Sequence record: OQ101248.1
Length of the DNA: 55,181 nt
Origin: Acinetobacter phage Acba_3
Direction: 5' to 3' (one strand)
The notes under the pieces were generated by a model. That model was not told the origin of the DNA, did not search any database, and worked only from the letters and a program-made list of their open reading frames with translations. The translations under genes and the position numbers were made by a program. Shown in pieces: positions 1-8,562 of this stretch (position 1 is its first letter; every line of letters starts with the position of its first letter).

Positions 1-73
1 TCATTTGTAAAGCTTGCTAAACTTCTAACAGTAAAGTAGACTTGACAAAGTAAAGTTGAAATTGGAATTAATT
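1..73. promoter_or_regulatory. Candidate immunity-region operator/promoter (PR-like) upstream of cro-like gene
   Basis: GTAAAG motif recurs at 7-12, 33-38, 49-54 (and again at 55159-55164 at the other window end); TTGACA at 42-47 with a weak -10 about 17 nt downstream; lies between divergent cI-like (window end, minus) and cro-like (plus) genes if the ends are joined. Confidence 0.4.
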
Positions 74-250
74 ATGCGAATTGAGATGAAAACATCTGAT
101 GTTTTGGCTCGGTTCAATGCGCCAAAAATCGCAAAACTTTTAAAAATTAGCCGTCAAGCAGTTTACCAGTGGGGTGAATTTGTACCCGAAGCTGCTGCTT
201 TTAAATTGCTTGAACAAGAACCAACACTACCAGTTAAGAGGGTTTCATGA
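74..250 (+). CDS. Cro/YdaS-like HTH DNA-binding protein (start uncertain; TTG 56, ATG 74 or ATG 86)
   Basis: Motif KISRQAVYQWG typical of Cro/antitoxin-HigA-like HTH; small size; first gene rightward of putative operators. Confidence 0.5.
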   Translation: MRIEMKTSDVLARFNAPKIAKLLKISRQAVYQWGEFVPEAAAFKLLEQEPTLPVKRVS

Positions 251-513
251 GCCTTGAAAAAAAATCTACGCATGTGCGTTTATCTCCCGAAATCCATGAA
301 CGAGCAAAAATACTTGCTCATGTTAAAGAAAAGGATCTCGCGGCCTATCTAGGTTTTCTTATTGAAAAAGAGATAGTTGGCGAGTGGCATGTATTCAATA
401 TACAAGCAAAATCTTTCGCGCGTTTGGGAATGTCGGCTTTAGTACGGGAGTTAAGTACAGAAGTCAGCTTTTCAGAGGGATCGGAAGGGATTAACGGGAA
501 TTTAGACAAATAA
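247..513 (+). CDS. Ribbon-helix-helix (CopG/Arc-like) DNA-binding protein
   Basis: N-terminal VRLSPEIHERAKILA...LAAYLGFLIEKEI matches beta-strand/helix/helix RHH pattern; 4-nt overlap with upstream gene. Confidence 0.35.
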   Translation: MSLEKKSTHVRLSPEIHERAKILAHVKEKDLAAYLGFLIEKEIVGEWHVFNIQAKSFARLGMSALVRELSTEVSFSEGSEGINGNLDK

Positions 514-515
514 AA

Positions 516-538
516 AGCCTGATCTCGTAAATCAGGCT
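516..538. terminator. Hairpin (agcctgat...atcaggct); weak T-run on + strand, TTTTTA follows on - strand
   Basis: 8-bp inverted repeat right after stop codon at 511-513. Confidence 0.3.
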
Positions 539-553
539 TAGTGTTCAAACAAG

Positions 554-745
554 GTGGACCAAATGAACTATTCAATATTAGCAGACATTGAACTAAATCG
601 GAAGATTAGTTTGTTTCAAAAAGCGGTTGAGGCTTATGCAATAGAACGCAGTTTAAAAAACTCGGTTGCTGTAGCTGAGGCTAAAAGTAACTTGGAGCGT
701 CATTACTATGAATCCTACAGCTTTGCGGTTCATAAGGGAGTATGA
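554..745 (+). CDS. Hypothetical protein
   Basis: ORF in early operon; no recognisable motif. Confidence 0.3.
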   Translation: MDQMNYSILADIELNRKISLFQKAVEAYAIERSLKNSVAVAEAKSNLERHYYESYSFAVHKGV

Positions 746-881
746 GCATGAAGTTTATGAAGGTGCGAAATATGCACGCCAGTATGGTGATCTTCAAAGG
801 CTTTACGATGCTTCAAGTGATGAATTCTTCATTGAAGAAATCAACGATGCTTATGAAGAGTTTAAGAGGAGCTTGGTATGA
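708..881 (+). CDS. Hypothetical small acidic protein (57 aa) translationally coupled to the replication gene
   Basis: ATG 708 preceded by GGAG at 694-697; frame reads MNPTALRFIREYEHEVYEGAKYARQYGDLQRLYDASSDEFFIEEINDAYEEFKRSLV; stop TGA 879-881 overlaps ATG 878 (ATGA). Confidence 0.35.
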   Translation: MNPTALRFIREYEHEVYEGAKYARQYGDLQRLYDASSDEFFIEEINDAYEEFKRSLV

Positions 882-1621
882 CTAGTTTTATTTCTAATGC
901 ATTCCAGATTCCTAATGACCTAATAGATAACGGACATATGGCTAAGATGAAGGGTGCAGCTTTGCCTTGTTATCTTCTCATTGTTCGTAAAACGCGTGGC
1001 TGGAATAAACAAGCAGATAGCATCAGCCTATCTCAGTTTGTAAAAGCAACTGGATACAACAAGGATACTGTACAAAAAGGCCTATTAATTTTGGAAGAGA
1101 TGGGTGTAATTATCCGCCTTGAAACTGACAAACAAATTAATGAATGGTCTCTAACTGACCAGATAATTACCACTGAAAACCATACTAAAAATTCGCCTAG
1201 CGAAAATTTAGCTATGCTAAAAAATAGTACGGAACCATACGAAAATTTAGTATCAAACCATACTAAAAATTCGCCACACAATAACAATAATAAAAACAAA
1301 GAAAAACAAGGGGTGGGTTACTCAGAAAACTTTGAGAAGTTCTGGTCTGCATATCCAACTTGTAAACGTAAATCAGACAAGTCTGGCACTTATAAAACTT
1401 TCACAAAGCATGAAGGAAGTTTTGCGATTGAAACACTTCTTTCAATTCTTGAAAAACAAAAATCTGATGTCTCTTGGACAAAGCAGGATGGTGAGTTCAT
1501 TCCATCACCTAGCACTTGGTTAAACCAAAAACAATGGGAAAACGAGTATTGGTTTCAGGTCAACAGCTCTGTGGTAGCTCCTGATTTCTCTAATGCCCAA
1601 TTGCAATATGGAGACTGGTAA
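878..1621 (+). CDS. Replication initiation protein / phage replisome organizer (lambda O-like N-terminal domain)
   Basis: N-terminal winged-helix-like segment LPCYLLIVRKTRGW...ISLSQFVKATGYNKDTVQKGLLILEEMGVI typical of phage replisome-organizer N domain; directly precedes and overlaps (ATGA) the DnaB helicase gene; contains internal NHTKNSP peptide repeat encoded by iteron-like DNA repeats. Confidence 0.6.
   Translation: MTSFISNAFQIPNDLIDNGHMAKMKGAALPCYLLIVRKTRGWNKQADSISLSQFVKATGYNKDTVQKGLLILEEMGVIIRLETDKQINEWSLTDQIITTENHTKNSPSENLAMLKNSTEPYENLVSNHTKNSPHNNNNKNKEKQGVGYSENFEKFWSAYPTCKRKSDKSGTYKTFTKHEGSFAIETLLSILEKQKSDVSWTKQDGEFIPSPSTWLNQKQWENEYWFQVNSSVVAPDFSNAQLQYGDW
1177..1275. repeat. Iteron-like direct repeats inside the replication gene, followed by an A-rich tract (candidate ori)
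   Basis: Perfect 20-bp direct repeat aaccatactaaaaattcgcc at 1177-1196 and 1256-1275; 11-bp repeat cgaaaatttag at 1200-1210 and 1240-1250; A-rich stretch 1276-1315. Confidence 0.45.
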
Positions 1622-2946
1622 TGAGTACAAACATTCAAAATATGACAATTGAGCAGAGTGTGCTAGTCGCATTGATGACAGTGAGCCATTCCCTAGAGGT
1701 TGTCGCAAATGATCTTACCGAAGAACATTTTTACGCTGGTCGTCACAAGATTATTTACAAGGCAATTGTTGAGCTTGCTAATGCTGATAAGCCATATGAC
1801 TCAGTATTTGTCTGCAAGCATCTACAAGAGCGAAATCTTCTCAATGACATTGGTGGAGAAGAGTATTTAATTGAACTTAACAGTGCAGTTGGTAGCGTAC
1901 ACCACCTGGAATATTTTGTTGCTGAGTTGAATAAACTTAAGCAGCATCGTGAAGTTGAAAATATTGGTCTCTCGATTGCAGAGTGCGCTAAAGATTTGAC
2001 CATTACTGATGTTTACTTAGCTGCTGAGAATTTATTTAGTTCGTCTAGTAATTCAATTGAGCAAAAGCAAACAGGCTTTGATTTTAACCAAGCTTTAGAA
2101 AAGACACTTGAGCGATTTGAGAAAAAGATTGCCCAGAAGGAACAAAAGGGCTTCATAGGTGTCCAGTTCAATATTCCTCATCTTGATAACCTTCTTGGCA
2201 CAATCGAGAAAGGACATTTTTGCGTTATTGGTGGTCGTCCGGGTAGTGGCAAGTCAACACTCGCGCAAATGTGTGCAATGCAAACTGCTAAGCGCTACAA
2301 CATGCCTGTTTTATTTATCTCTGCTGAGATGGACACACCAACCCTAACCAACCGCATGATCTCAGCATTAGGGCATATCCCATATAACAATCTGCACAAT
2401 GGGGAAATTTATGACGGGATGTTTGAAAAGCTTACTGGCACGATAGCTCAGTTCCGCAACCTTCCAATTTTTATTGAAGAGAAGCAGAAGCCAACAATTT
2501 CTGAAATCCAAAGCTATGCGCGTAAAGCAAAACGCAAATATAAGGCTCTAGGCTGCATCATTGTGGACTACTTGGGCTTAATTCGTGACCCATCTAAAAA
2601 AGACCGTGTTCAGGAAGTTGCATCAATTAGCCGTGATTTAAAAGCCATGGCTAAAGAGTTTGATTGTCCAGTAATTGCATTGGCTCAACTTAACCGTGGA
2701 GCAGAAGGACACAAGCCAGTAGCAAGTGATCTTAAGGATTCTGGACAGATTGAACAGGATGCAGACCAAATCATCATGGTTCATCCAATCCTCGAAAAAG
2801 AGACTAATGCGCCAACTGGTGTAACCGAGTTAATTATTGCCAAAAACCGTCATGGCAAGCGTGGATCTGTGAATGTTCAAGACCGTTTAGATATTTGCCG
2901 TTTCGTTGGGATGTCATTCCCAGTGGAAGAGAGAGGTGCGGCGTGA
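1621..2946 (+). CDS. dnaB: Replicative DNA helicase, DnaB family
   Basis: 441 aa; Walker A GGRPGSGKST, Walker B IIVDYLGL, DnaB N-terminal domain features; RecA-like core motifs (AQLNRG, KNRHG). Confidence 0.9.
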   Translation: MSTNIQNMTIEQSVLVALMTVSHSLEVVANDLTEEHFYAGRHKIIYKAIVELANADKPYDSVFVCKHLQERNLLNDIGGEEYLIELNSAVGSVHHLEYFVAELNKLKQHREVENIGLSIAECAKDLTITDVYLAAENLFSSSSNSIEQKQTGFDFNQALEKTLERFEKKIAQKEQKGFIGVQFNIPHLDNLLGTIEKGHFCVIGGRPGSGKSTLAQMCAMQTAKRYNMPVLFISAEMDTPTLTNRMISALGHIPYNNLHNGEIYDGMFEKLTGTIAQFRNLPIFIEEKQKPTISEIQSYARKAKRKYKALGCIIVDYLGLIRDPSKKDRVQEVASISRDLKAMAKEFDCPVIALAQLNRGAEGHKPVASDLKDSGQIEQDADQIIMVHPILEKETNAPTGVTELIIAKNRHGKRGSVNVQDRLDICRFVGMSFPVEERGAA

Positions 2947-3194
2947 ATCCAAAACAAAGAGTAATCGCGTTCCAAAACATTTTTGACATTTTGTTGTTCG
3001 CAACGCATGCGACTGAGCCTTTCACAATGAAGGATTTACGTGACTATGTGTTAGATGCACCTAACAACACTATTCAATGCTATGTCCAAGAGCTAATCAA
3101 AAGTGGGTACCTAGAAAAAGATTCATATGCAACCTACAAGGCTACGCAATACGCAAAAGACATCCTGAATGTTAAAGGGGAGCTGAAAGCATGA
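2943..3194 (+). CDS. Hypothetical protein (GTG start; alternative TTG 2895)
   Basis: ORF immediately after dnaB stop; no motif recognised. Confidence 0.3.
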   Translation: MNPKQRVIAFQNIFDILLFATHATEPFTMKDLRDYVLDAPNNTIQCYVQELIKSGYLEKDSYATYKATQYAKDILNVKGELKA

Positions 3195-3367
3195 ACGAAT
3201 TTGTAGATTACACCTCAATGATGAAGCTGCGCAGAGCGTACAACCTCGGTACTCGCAATAAAGAAACAAGAGCAGCAGCGAACCTCTACGAGAAATTAAG
3301 AAAGCTCAAAATGCTAGACCAGCTTAAGAAGGAAGCCATGACTAGACGTTACAAGGAGTCGGTATGA
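3191..3367 (+). CDS. Hypothetical small protein (58 aa)
   Basis: ATGA overlaps at both ends (3191-3194 and 3364-3367) typical of coupled phage early genes. Confidence 0.3.
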   Translation: MNEFVDYTSMMKLRRAYNLGTRNKETRAAANLYEKLRKLKMLDQLKKEAMTRRYKESV

Positions 3368-3732
3368 AACCAGAACAGTTTATTCGTGAGTTTGGGGTGG
3401 AGAAGGCGAGAGAGGTTGTTGAGGGGGCGCCTAGCAATGCTGAGAGCTTCCAAGATGGCTACTACTTCAGAACAAAACCACAATTTGAATTTCACAATGG
3501 CATTCATGAGGCTTGGAACTTAACCGATAACGATGGTGAGTACTTCAAGAAGCGTGGCTTTGAACCAGTAAAAACCAATGACCTGAAAATGATGTTGGAA
3601 AGCCTCCGCATTGTGGATCAGTTCGGTGGAATAGAAAAAGCAAAGCTAGTTGCGAAAACCAAAGACGGGATGGGTTATTTGAAGGGATGCATCAAAGACC
3701 ACGAATCAATATACGGAGGCGGGGATGATTAA
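3364..3732 (+). CDS. Hypothetical protein
   Basis: ORF with coupled start. Confidence 0.4.
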   Translation: MKPEQFIREFGVEKAREVVEGAPSNAESFQDGYYFRTKPQFEFHNGIHEAWNLTDNDGEYFKKRGFEPVKTNDLKMMLESLRIVDQFGGIEKAKLVAKTKDGMGYLKGCIKDHESIYGGGDD

Positions 3733-3918
3733 GTTTATTACCGTATGGGTTCTCACTGTGACCCAACACCAGATGGTTGGTAGTGCCACCGAGTCAACAT
3801 ACCAGCTTCAATATGCAACTCAGTCAATTTGTGAAAAGCAAAAACTACGTCACGAAACAGATCGAACAAGTGTGCGGTGTGATTTTCAACAAGTGCCAGT
3901 TTATGTGAGGAGCCAGCC

Positions 3919-4260
3919 ATGAGTGAGTTTAAAGTCGGGGATTGGGTCAAGATGAAGGATGATTCTTCTGCATGGATGGGTAAGGTAGCAGCTATAGAGT
4001 ACAAGCCGTGTTTCGATTCAAAGTGGAACAGATATGAGATTGAGATTCTTGTTTTTGAAGATGGCACGAAATTGGGTTCTGGATGGGCAATTCATGTTGT
4101 TAAAGCAGCAGGCCACCGCATTGATAAAACAATAGGAACTTTGGAGGAATTGCATCCCGAGTTTTCAAAAGTTTTGCACGAGAACTTTTTAGAGTTGCTC
4201 GGAGATGATGCCCACATAGAAAACCACATCAGCCCACATTGCCAATCGAAGGATGTTTGA
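3919..4260 (+). CDS. Hypothetical protein
   Basis: ORF with GAGG RBS upstream. Confidence 0.4.
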   Translation: MSEFKVGDWVKMKDDSSAWMGKVAAIEYKPCFDSKWNRYEIEILVFEDGTKLGSGWAIHVVKAAGHRIDKTIGTLEELHPEFSKVLHENFLELLGDDAHIENHISPHCQSKDV

Positions 4261-4798
4261 GATGGATAAACCAATAACATTTAACGAATGGTTAGGCACA
4301 CAAGGCAATATGGTTCTCCTTCATGCCAATTGTTGCCGTATTGCCTTTGAAGGTGGTCAGCAGTCACAGCAAGCGAAAGTGGAGGGGCTGCAAAAGCAAT
4401 TAAGTGAATACATATTTGTGGCTGAAACTATTGATGAAATGTATGTGAAAGAAGTCCAGAAAAGTGACGAGCTGCAAAAGCGGGTGGATGAGCTTGAGCG
4501 TAAATTACAGATCAAAACTAGACATTGTGAGTTCTATGAGCAAAGCCGCAATGGGCATAGAAGTCTGGCAATTCATCGCAAAAAGCAAATTAACAGTGCC
4601 TTAGAACAAATTGAAAAGCTCTATTCAAAAGCAGAAAACGATTATGAGAAAGATCGTAACCCTTACTACGACGGAATGTTGTCAGCTCTAGATTTGGCTG
4701 AGCAGGCAATTAGAGGTGAGTTGGAAGAGCAAGCGCTCAAGGGGGATCAATACGATGAACATCGCAAGAAAGCAGAAGAGGCCATCTCAGAGAAATGA
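4253..4798 (+). CDS. Hypothetical coiled-coil protein
   Basis: Glu/Lys/Gln-rich helical sequence. Confidence 0.4.
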   Translation: MFEMDKPITFNEWLGTQGNMVLLHANCCRIAFEGGQQSQQAKVEGLQKQLSEYIFVAETIDEMYVKEVQKSDELQKRVDELERKLQIKTRHCEFYEQSRNGHRSLAIHRKKQINSALEQIEKLYSKAENDYEKDRNPYYDGMLSALDLAEQAIRGELEEQALKGDQYDEHRKKAEEAISEK

Positions 4799-5031
4799 CT
4801 AGACCGCAAAACGACACATTAGAAAACATGAATCCAGCGTGTGTTCCTTGTAATACAAACAAGTCGTCTATGCCCTTGGAAGGGTGGCGGAGGATGCTCA
4901 CACATTATCGTGATGTTCAGTTGTTACGAGATAGCACACATGCTCGTCATTTACTACGTTTTGGGCTGATTGAAATCAAATCTGAGCCTGTGAAGTTTTT
5001 CTTTGAGAGTTATAAAGAGGGCCAGTCATGA
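4795..5031 (+). CDS. Hypothetical protein with HNH-like C-terminal half-motif
   Basis: NMNPACVPCNTNK resembles the distal N...C..C(H/N)..K part of HNH nucleases; no upstream catalytic His half in frame (stop 12 codons upstream). Confidence 0.3.
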   Translation: MTRPQNDTLENMNPACVPCNTNKSSMPLEGWRRMLTHYRDVQLLRDSTHARHLLRFGLIEIKSEPVKFFFESYKEGQS

Positions 5032-5210
5032 ATAAACCATTAGAAACTTTTGATATAGACGCAGCAAAGGCTCGCTACGAAAAATTACGAGGCCGATATA
5101 ACCGGAGTGGGCTATCTAATACTGATTACAACGAGCTACTTCAATTAGAAAAGGCAATCGAGCAAGCAAAGAAAGTTAATGAAGGAGCGCCGATTGATGA
5201 GCGAAAATAA
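5028..5210 (+). CDS. Hypothetical protein
   Basis: Coupled small ORF. Confidence 0.3.
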   Translation: MNKPLETFDIDAAKARYEKLRGRYNRSGLSNTDYNELLQLEKAIEQAKKVNEGAPIDERK

Positions 5211-5598
5211 GTTATCACCAAGACAGTTGGTACTCATTCGACGGGCAGCTGAAGATGCTATACATGCTTGCAATAGACATTACGGCCCATTTGTTGACTA
5301 TGTTGCTCACCCATTAAATATCATTTCATTGGTTGATATGGCGCAAGAAAGCCTACACCAGCAAGAGCTAATAAAACAAAAGGATACAGTAATAAAATTT
5401 GCTAACAGTATGGCGAATTTAGATCAACAGAAGTTCAAGGAATTACAAGAACGGATAAATCTTGCCCTGCAACAAATACAAGGCAATTTGCAATATGTTG
5501 AGCAGGATAAGAGAGAAAACTTTGAATTTCTGCAAATGGCTATGATTCGAGCATTTAAAGAATTAGAGAAAGTGCTCAATGGTGGTGAGCCTAAATGA
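5179..5598 (+). CDS. Hypothetical protein
   Basis: ORF. Confidence 0.4.
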   Translation: MKERRLMSENKLSPRQLVLIRRAAEDAIHACNRHYGPFVDYVAHPLNIISLVDMAQESLHQQELIKQKDTVIKFANSMANLDQQKFKELQERINLALQQIQGNLQYVEQDKRENFEFLQMAMIRAFKELEKVLNGGEPK

Positions 5599-6002
5599 CA
5601 TCGATGAGTTTAGCGGATTATCACTCTAAATTTCCAAACGGCCATAAAGCTAAAAAGGGCCGTAATAAATTTAATGCTTCAAAAGTCACATTAGATGGGA
5701 TGACTTTCGACAGCAAAAAAGAACTCAAGCGATATATCGAACTTAAAGCCATGCAGCAACGCGGTGAAATCTTTGGATTAGAGCACCATGCAAAATTTGA
5801 ATTGGCTCCTAAAACTAAGATAGAGGGGGAAAAGAGAACAAAGCCGGCACTTAGATATTTTGCTGATTTTACTTACTACCTCATCAATGGCGAGTACATC
5901 GTTGAGGACGTTAAGTCTATTGCTACTAGGAAATTACCTAGTTATCGCAATAAGAAACATTTAATGAAAACTGTACACGGTATTGATATTAGAGAGGTTT
6001 GA
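5595..6002 (+). CDS. DUF1064-like phage protein
   Basis: Pattern KF.A..V..DG..FDS..E..RY..L...G.I..L...F.L...Y.ADF.Y...GE..VEDVK matches my recollection of the DUF1064 family common in phage replication modules. Confidence 0.45.
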   Translation: MTSMSLADYHSKFPNGHKAKKGRNKFNASKVTLDGMTFDSKKELKRYIELKAMQQRGEIFGLEHHAKFELAPKTKIEGEKRTKPALRYFADFTYYLINGEYIVEDVKSIATRKLPSYRNKKHLMKTVHGIDIREV

Positions 6003-6011
6003 GAAAAGTTT

Positions 6012-6296
6012 ATGAGCGACATTGAAACGGTAGGCTGGACGGCAGATAAGCGGTTTTTCATATTAAAAATTAATATGGAAACGAGTTTGACTACAGATGA
6101 TTGTGAGGTTTTAGCAGGATTGTTTGTTGAAAAATATAGTCTGGAATTTTCAGGCTGCCAGTTTCATGGAAAGCTCGCAGTGATATGTGGAGATAAAGTT
6201 TACGTGAATCCTTGGGCGCTTGATCAAGAAGCAAGTGTAGATGAACCAGTTGAGGAACTGTCATTTAGTGAGTTCCAAACGTTATTGAATAATTAA
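6012..6296 (+). CDS. Hypothetical protein
   Basis: ORF. Confidence 0.4.
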   Translation: MSDIETVGWTADKRFFILKINMETSLTTDDCEVLAGLFVEKYSLEFSGCQFHGKLAVICGDKVYVNPWALDQEASVDEPVEELSFSEFQTLLNN

Positions 6297-6317
6297 GGTA
6301 TAGGGGGTGCTTATCTT

Positions 6318-6881
6318 ATGACTACAGTTGTAATGGATTGGTCAAGATTTTCTATTTTTGAATGGTTCGTTTGTGGCTTAAACCCGAAATCACCTTCATT
6401 TGGTGCTGCGAACGTTAGATGTACCGATGGGAGGTCAATAGACTTTCATGACAAATTAGGGGTGGTAGCTGCAATGGGTGATCAACTAACAAAATCAGTT
6501 GCAATGGTCATTATGACCGAAGGAAAGTCCCAACGGGATTATGAATATGTTCGCAATCATTTAGCTAAAATAATGATTGATGGAGCAGAGAAAGATAAAA
6601 GAAGAGAGCCTAAGGGGATAGCTATTTACCACTTAGCTTGGTTAATTGCTCGTATTGTTATTGATTTTGCTTTAGATCCCGAATTAGAAAACGCACATAA
6701 GGATCCTGGTCGACTTGTTTATGCCGGCATTAGAAGTTTCCAAATGGATCCGGAGGTATACCGCAAAAAATGGAAACGATACGAAGATATGATGATTGCC
6801 GCGCTTAATGAAGAAATTTTAAAAGCTACTGTAATCGCTGAACGCTATAAGAAAGAAACCTTAAATGAAGCAAGAAATTAG
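6318..6881 (+). CDS. Hypothetical protein; candidate late-gene regulator by position
   Basis: Last gene before a strong promoter-terminator unit (6891-7034) that heads the methylase, packaging and structural genes. Confidence 0.35.
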   Translation: MTTVVMDWSRFSIFEWFVCGLNPKSPSFGAANVRCTDGRSIDFHDKLGVVAAMGDQLTKSVAMVIMTEGKSQRDYEYVRNHLAKIMIDGAEKDKRREPKGIAIYHLAWLIARIVIDFALDPELENAHKDPGRLVYAGIRSFQMDPEVYRKKWKRYEDMMIAALNEEILKATVIAERYKKETLNEARN

Positions 6882-6890
6882 TTTCCACTT

Positions 6891-6919
6891 TTGTGCTATT
6901 TGAGGTATAGTTTTATTAA
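6891..6919 (+). promoter_or_regulatory. Sigma70-like promoter TTGTGC-N17-TATTAA (candidate late promoter)
   Basis: -35 at 6891-6896, -10 at 6914-6919; followed by hairpin ttggtc...gaccaa at 6921-6945 and terminator at 6999-7034. Confidence 0.4.
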
Positions 6920-6998
6920 ATTGGTCGAAGTATAAATTAGACCAAATTGCATTTAAAAGCTCATCTAAACAGGTGGGCTTTTTTATGGCCTCATTAAA

Positions 6999-7034
6999 AG
7001 CTCGGGTCCTTAAGGATACCGAGTTTTTTTATTT
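6999..7034 (+). terminator. Rho-independent terminator
   Basis: Stem ctcgg(7001-7005)/ccgag(7019-7023) then T7 and T5 runs. Confidence 0.6.
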
Positions 7035-7061
7035 TTAGTCTTAATTCTAGGAATAAACAGC

Positions 7062-7292
7062 ATGACTATGACAAACGCTGAATTAGAGAATGAAATCAAA
7101 GCTCTAAAAACTCAAATTACATCTCTTCAAGGAACTGTTAGCAATAAAGCTGATGCTACAGCAGTAAGTGCTTTGAATGCCCGAGTTACTAGTGTGGAAG
7201 GTGTAAATACAAGCCAAGGTAATTCAATCACTACTTTGAATAATGGCTTAAATGCAGTTTCGACACGTGTTACTGCATTAGAAAATAAATAA
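7062..7292 (+). CDS. Small coiled-coil protein homologous to the repeat unit of the giant tail fibre
   Basis: KADATAVSALNARVTSVEGVNTSQGNSITTLNNGLNAVSTRVTALE matches fibre repeats such as KADATALNALTNRVSTAEGTITSQGNSITSLRNDL (aa ~1255-1290 of the 3489-aa protein); AGGA RBS; terminators on both sides. Confidence 0.5.
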   Translation: MTMTNAELENEIKALKTQITSLQGTVSNKADATAVSALNARVTSVEGVNTSQGNSITTLNNGLNAVSTRVTALENK

Positions 7293-7331
7293 ATAAAAAA
7301 CTCGGTCCCAAATGGAGACCGAGTTTTTTTA
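7293..7331. terminator. Bidirectional rho-independent terminator
   Basis: A6 run, stem ctcggtc(7301-7307)/gaccgag(7317-7323), T7 run. Confidence 0.65.
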
Positions 7332-7477
7332 TATCGAGTAAAACTGGGGACGAAGTACTGCGGTAACAGCACTTCGACCTCCTGACAGATGTAGCCTGCC
7401 AAAAGCCAAGCCCAGCTATCGTGCACACGATTTGCGAAGGCTATCAAAAATATAAGCTTTTGCACAGGAAAATTTTT

Positions 7478-8248
7478 ATGAAATCAAAACCAATAATTCC
7501 ATGGCAAGGTGGTAAAACCCGTTTGGCTAAGGATTTGTTGTGTAAGTTCCCAGAACATTCATGTTATGTGGAATTATTTTGTGGTGGAGCAGCATTATTC
7601 TTCTTAAGAGAAGGACCAGCAAGAACTGAAGTAATAAATGATCTGAATGACGAGTTGGTAAATCTGTACCGGGTAGTGCAGAACCATTTAGAAGAATTTG
7701 TGCGTCAATTCAAATGGTGCATTTCAAGTCGCCAGATTTTTGAATGGGAAAAACTAAAAGTACCAGACACACTAACGGATATTCAGCGAGCTGCAAGATT
7801 TTATTACCTTCAGCAACATGCGTTTGGTGGTAAGGTTTCTGGGCAGACATTTGGATATGCAACAACAGGCCGCTCTTTAAATCTCTTGCGGATAGAGGAA
7901 AGTTTAAGTGCAGCACATTTGCGTTTGAATGGAGTCTATATTGAAAACCTGTCCTGGGATATTTGCTTTGATAAGTATGACCGGGAACATACATTTTTTT
8001 ATGCTGATCCGCCGTATCTAGATACAGCAGGTTATGGAGTAGATTTTCCATTAGATCAGTATGAACTTCTTTCTGAAAAGATGAAGACTTGCAAAGGGAA
8101 GGTAATGCTATCAATTAATGATCATGAAAAGATTCGTGAAATCTTTAAAGGTTTTAATTTTGCATGTACTTCAATTAATTATTCTGTTGGTCGTGATTTG
8201 GCTGCTAAGAGTAAGAAAAGTAATGAACTGATAATTATGAATTATTGA
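7478..8248 (+). CDS. dam: DNA adenine methyltransferase, Dam family (D12 class N6-A MTase)
   Basis: N-terminal PWQGGK motif, FCGGAALFF SAM-binding motif, DPPY catalytic motif; AGGA RBS 8 nt upstream. Confidence 0.85.
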   Translation: MKSKPIIPWQGGKTRLAKDLLCKFPEHSCYVELFCGGAALFFLREGPARTEVINDLNDELVNLYRVVQNHLEEFVRQFKWCISSRQIFEWEKLKVPDTLTDIQRAARFYYLQQHAFGGKVSGQTFGYATTGRSLNLLRIEESLSAAHLRLNGVYIENLSWDICFDKYDREHTFFYADPPYLDTAGYGVDFPLDQYELLSEKMKTCKGKVMLSINDHEKIREIFKGFNFACTSINYSVGRDLAAKSKKSNELIIMNY

Positions 8249-8296
8249 TCTCATAATTTGGTTTAAAAGTTTGCCGTAATAATTGCGGCGCAAACG

Positions 8297-8336
8297 GCCC
8301 CTCTAAAAAATGGTTATTGGAGGGGCTTTTTCTTTT
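8297..8336 (+). terminator. Rho-independent terminator
   Basis: Stem gcccctc/gaggggc with long loop then TTTTTCTTTTT. Confidence 0.5.
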
Positions 8337-8349
8337 TGGAGAAATAAAA

Positions 8350-8553
8350 GTGCGTATGAGCCGATTATTACTAGCCACAACTGCTGGATTAATGGCCTTA
8401 AATACAAAACTAAGTGTTTTAAGCGCCTTGGTTGCATCATGTGGACACGCATCACCTTTGAGCTGTAAGGCAAATACAGTAAAGAGTAAACCTAACAAAC
8501 TAAGTCAAAAGAAAAAACGCCTTATTGCTCGTCGTCTTAATAAACATAAGTGA
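8350..8553 (+). CDS. Small lipoprotein (GTG 8350 or ATG 8356 start)
   Basis: Signal peptide MSRLLLATTAGLMAL...SALVASC with lipobox VASC; very basic C-terminus. Confidence 0.4.
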   Translation: MRMSRLLLATTAGLMALNTKLSVLSALVASCGHASPLSCKANTVKSKPNKLSQKKKRLIARRLNKHK

Positions 8554-8562
8554 GCTGGATAA

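Noticed and set aside
4795-5031. Disrupted full-length HNH endonuclease
   Set aside because: Only the distal C..C..K half-motif is present, and the same frame has a stop 12 codons upstream. No catalytic His half was found nearby, so only a weak motif note was kept.
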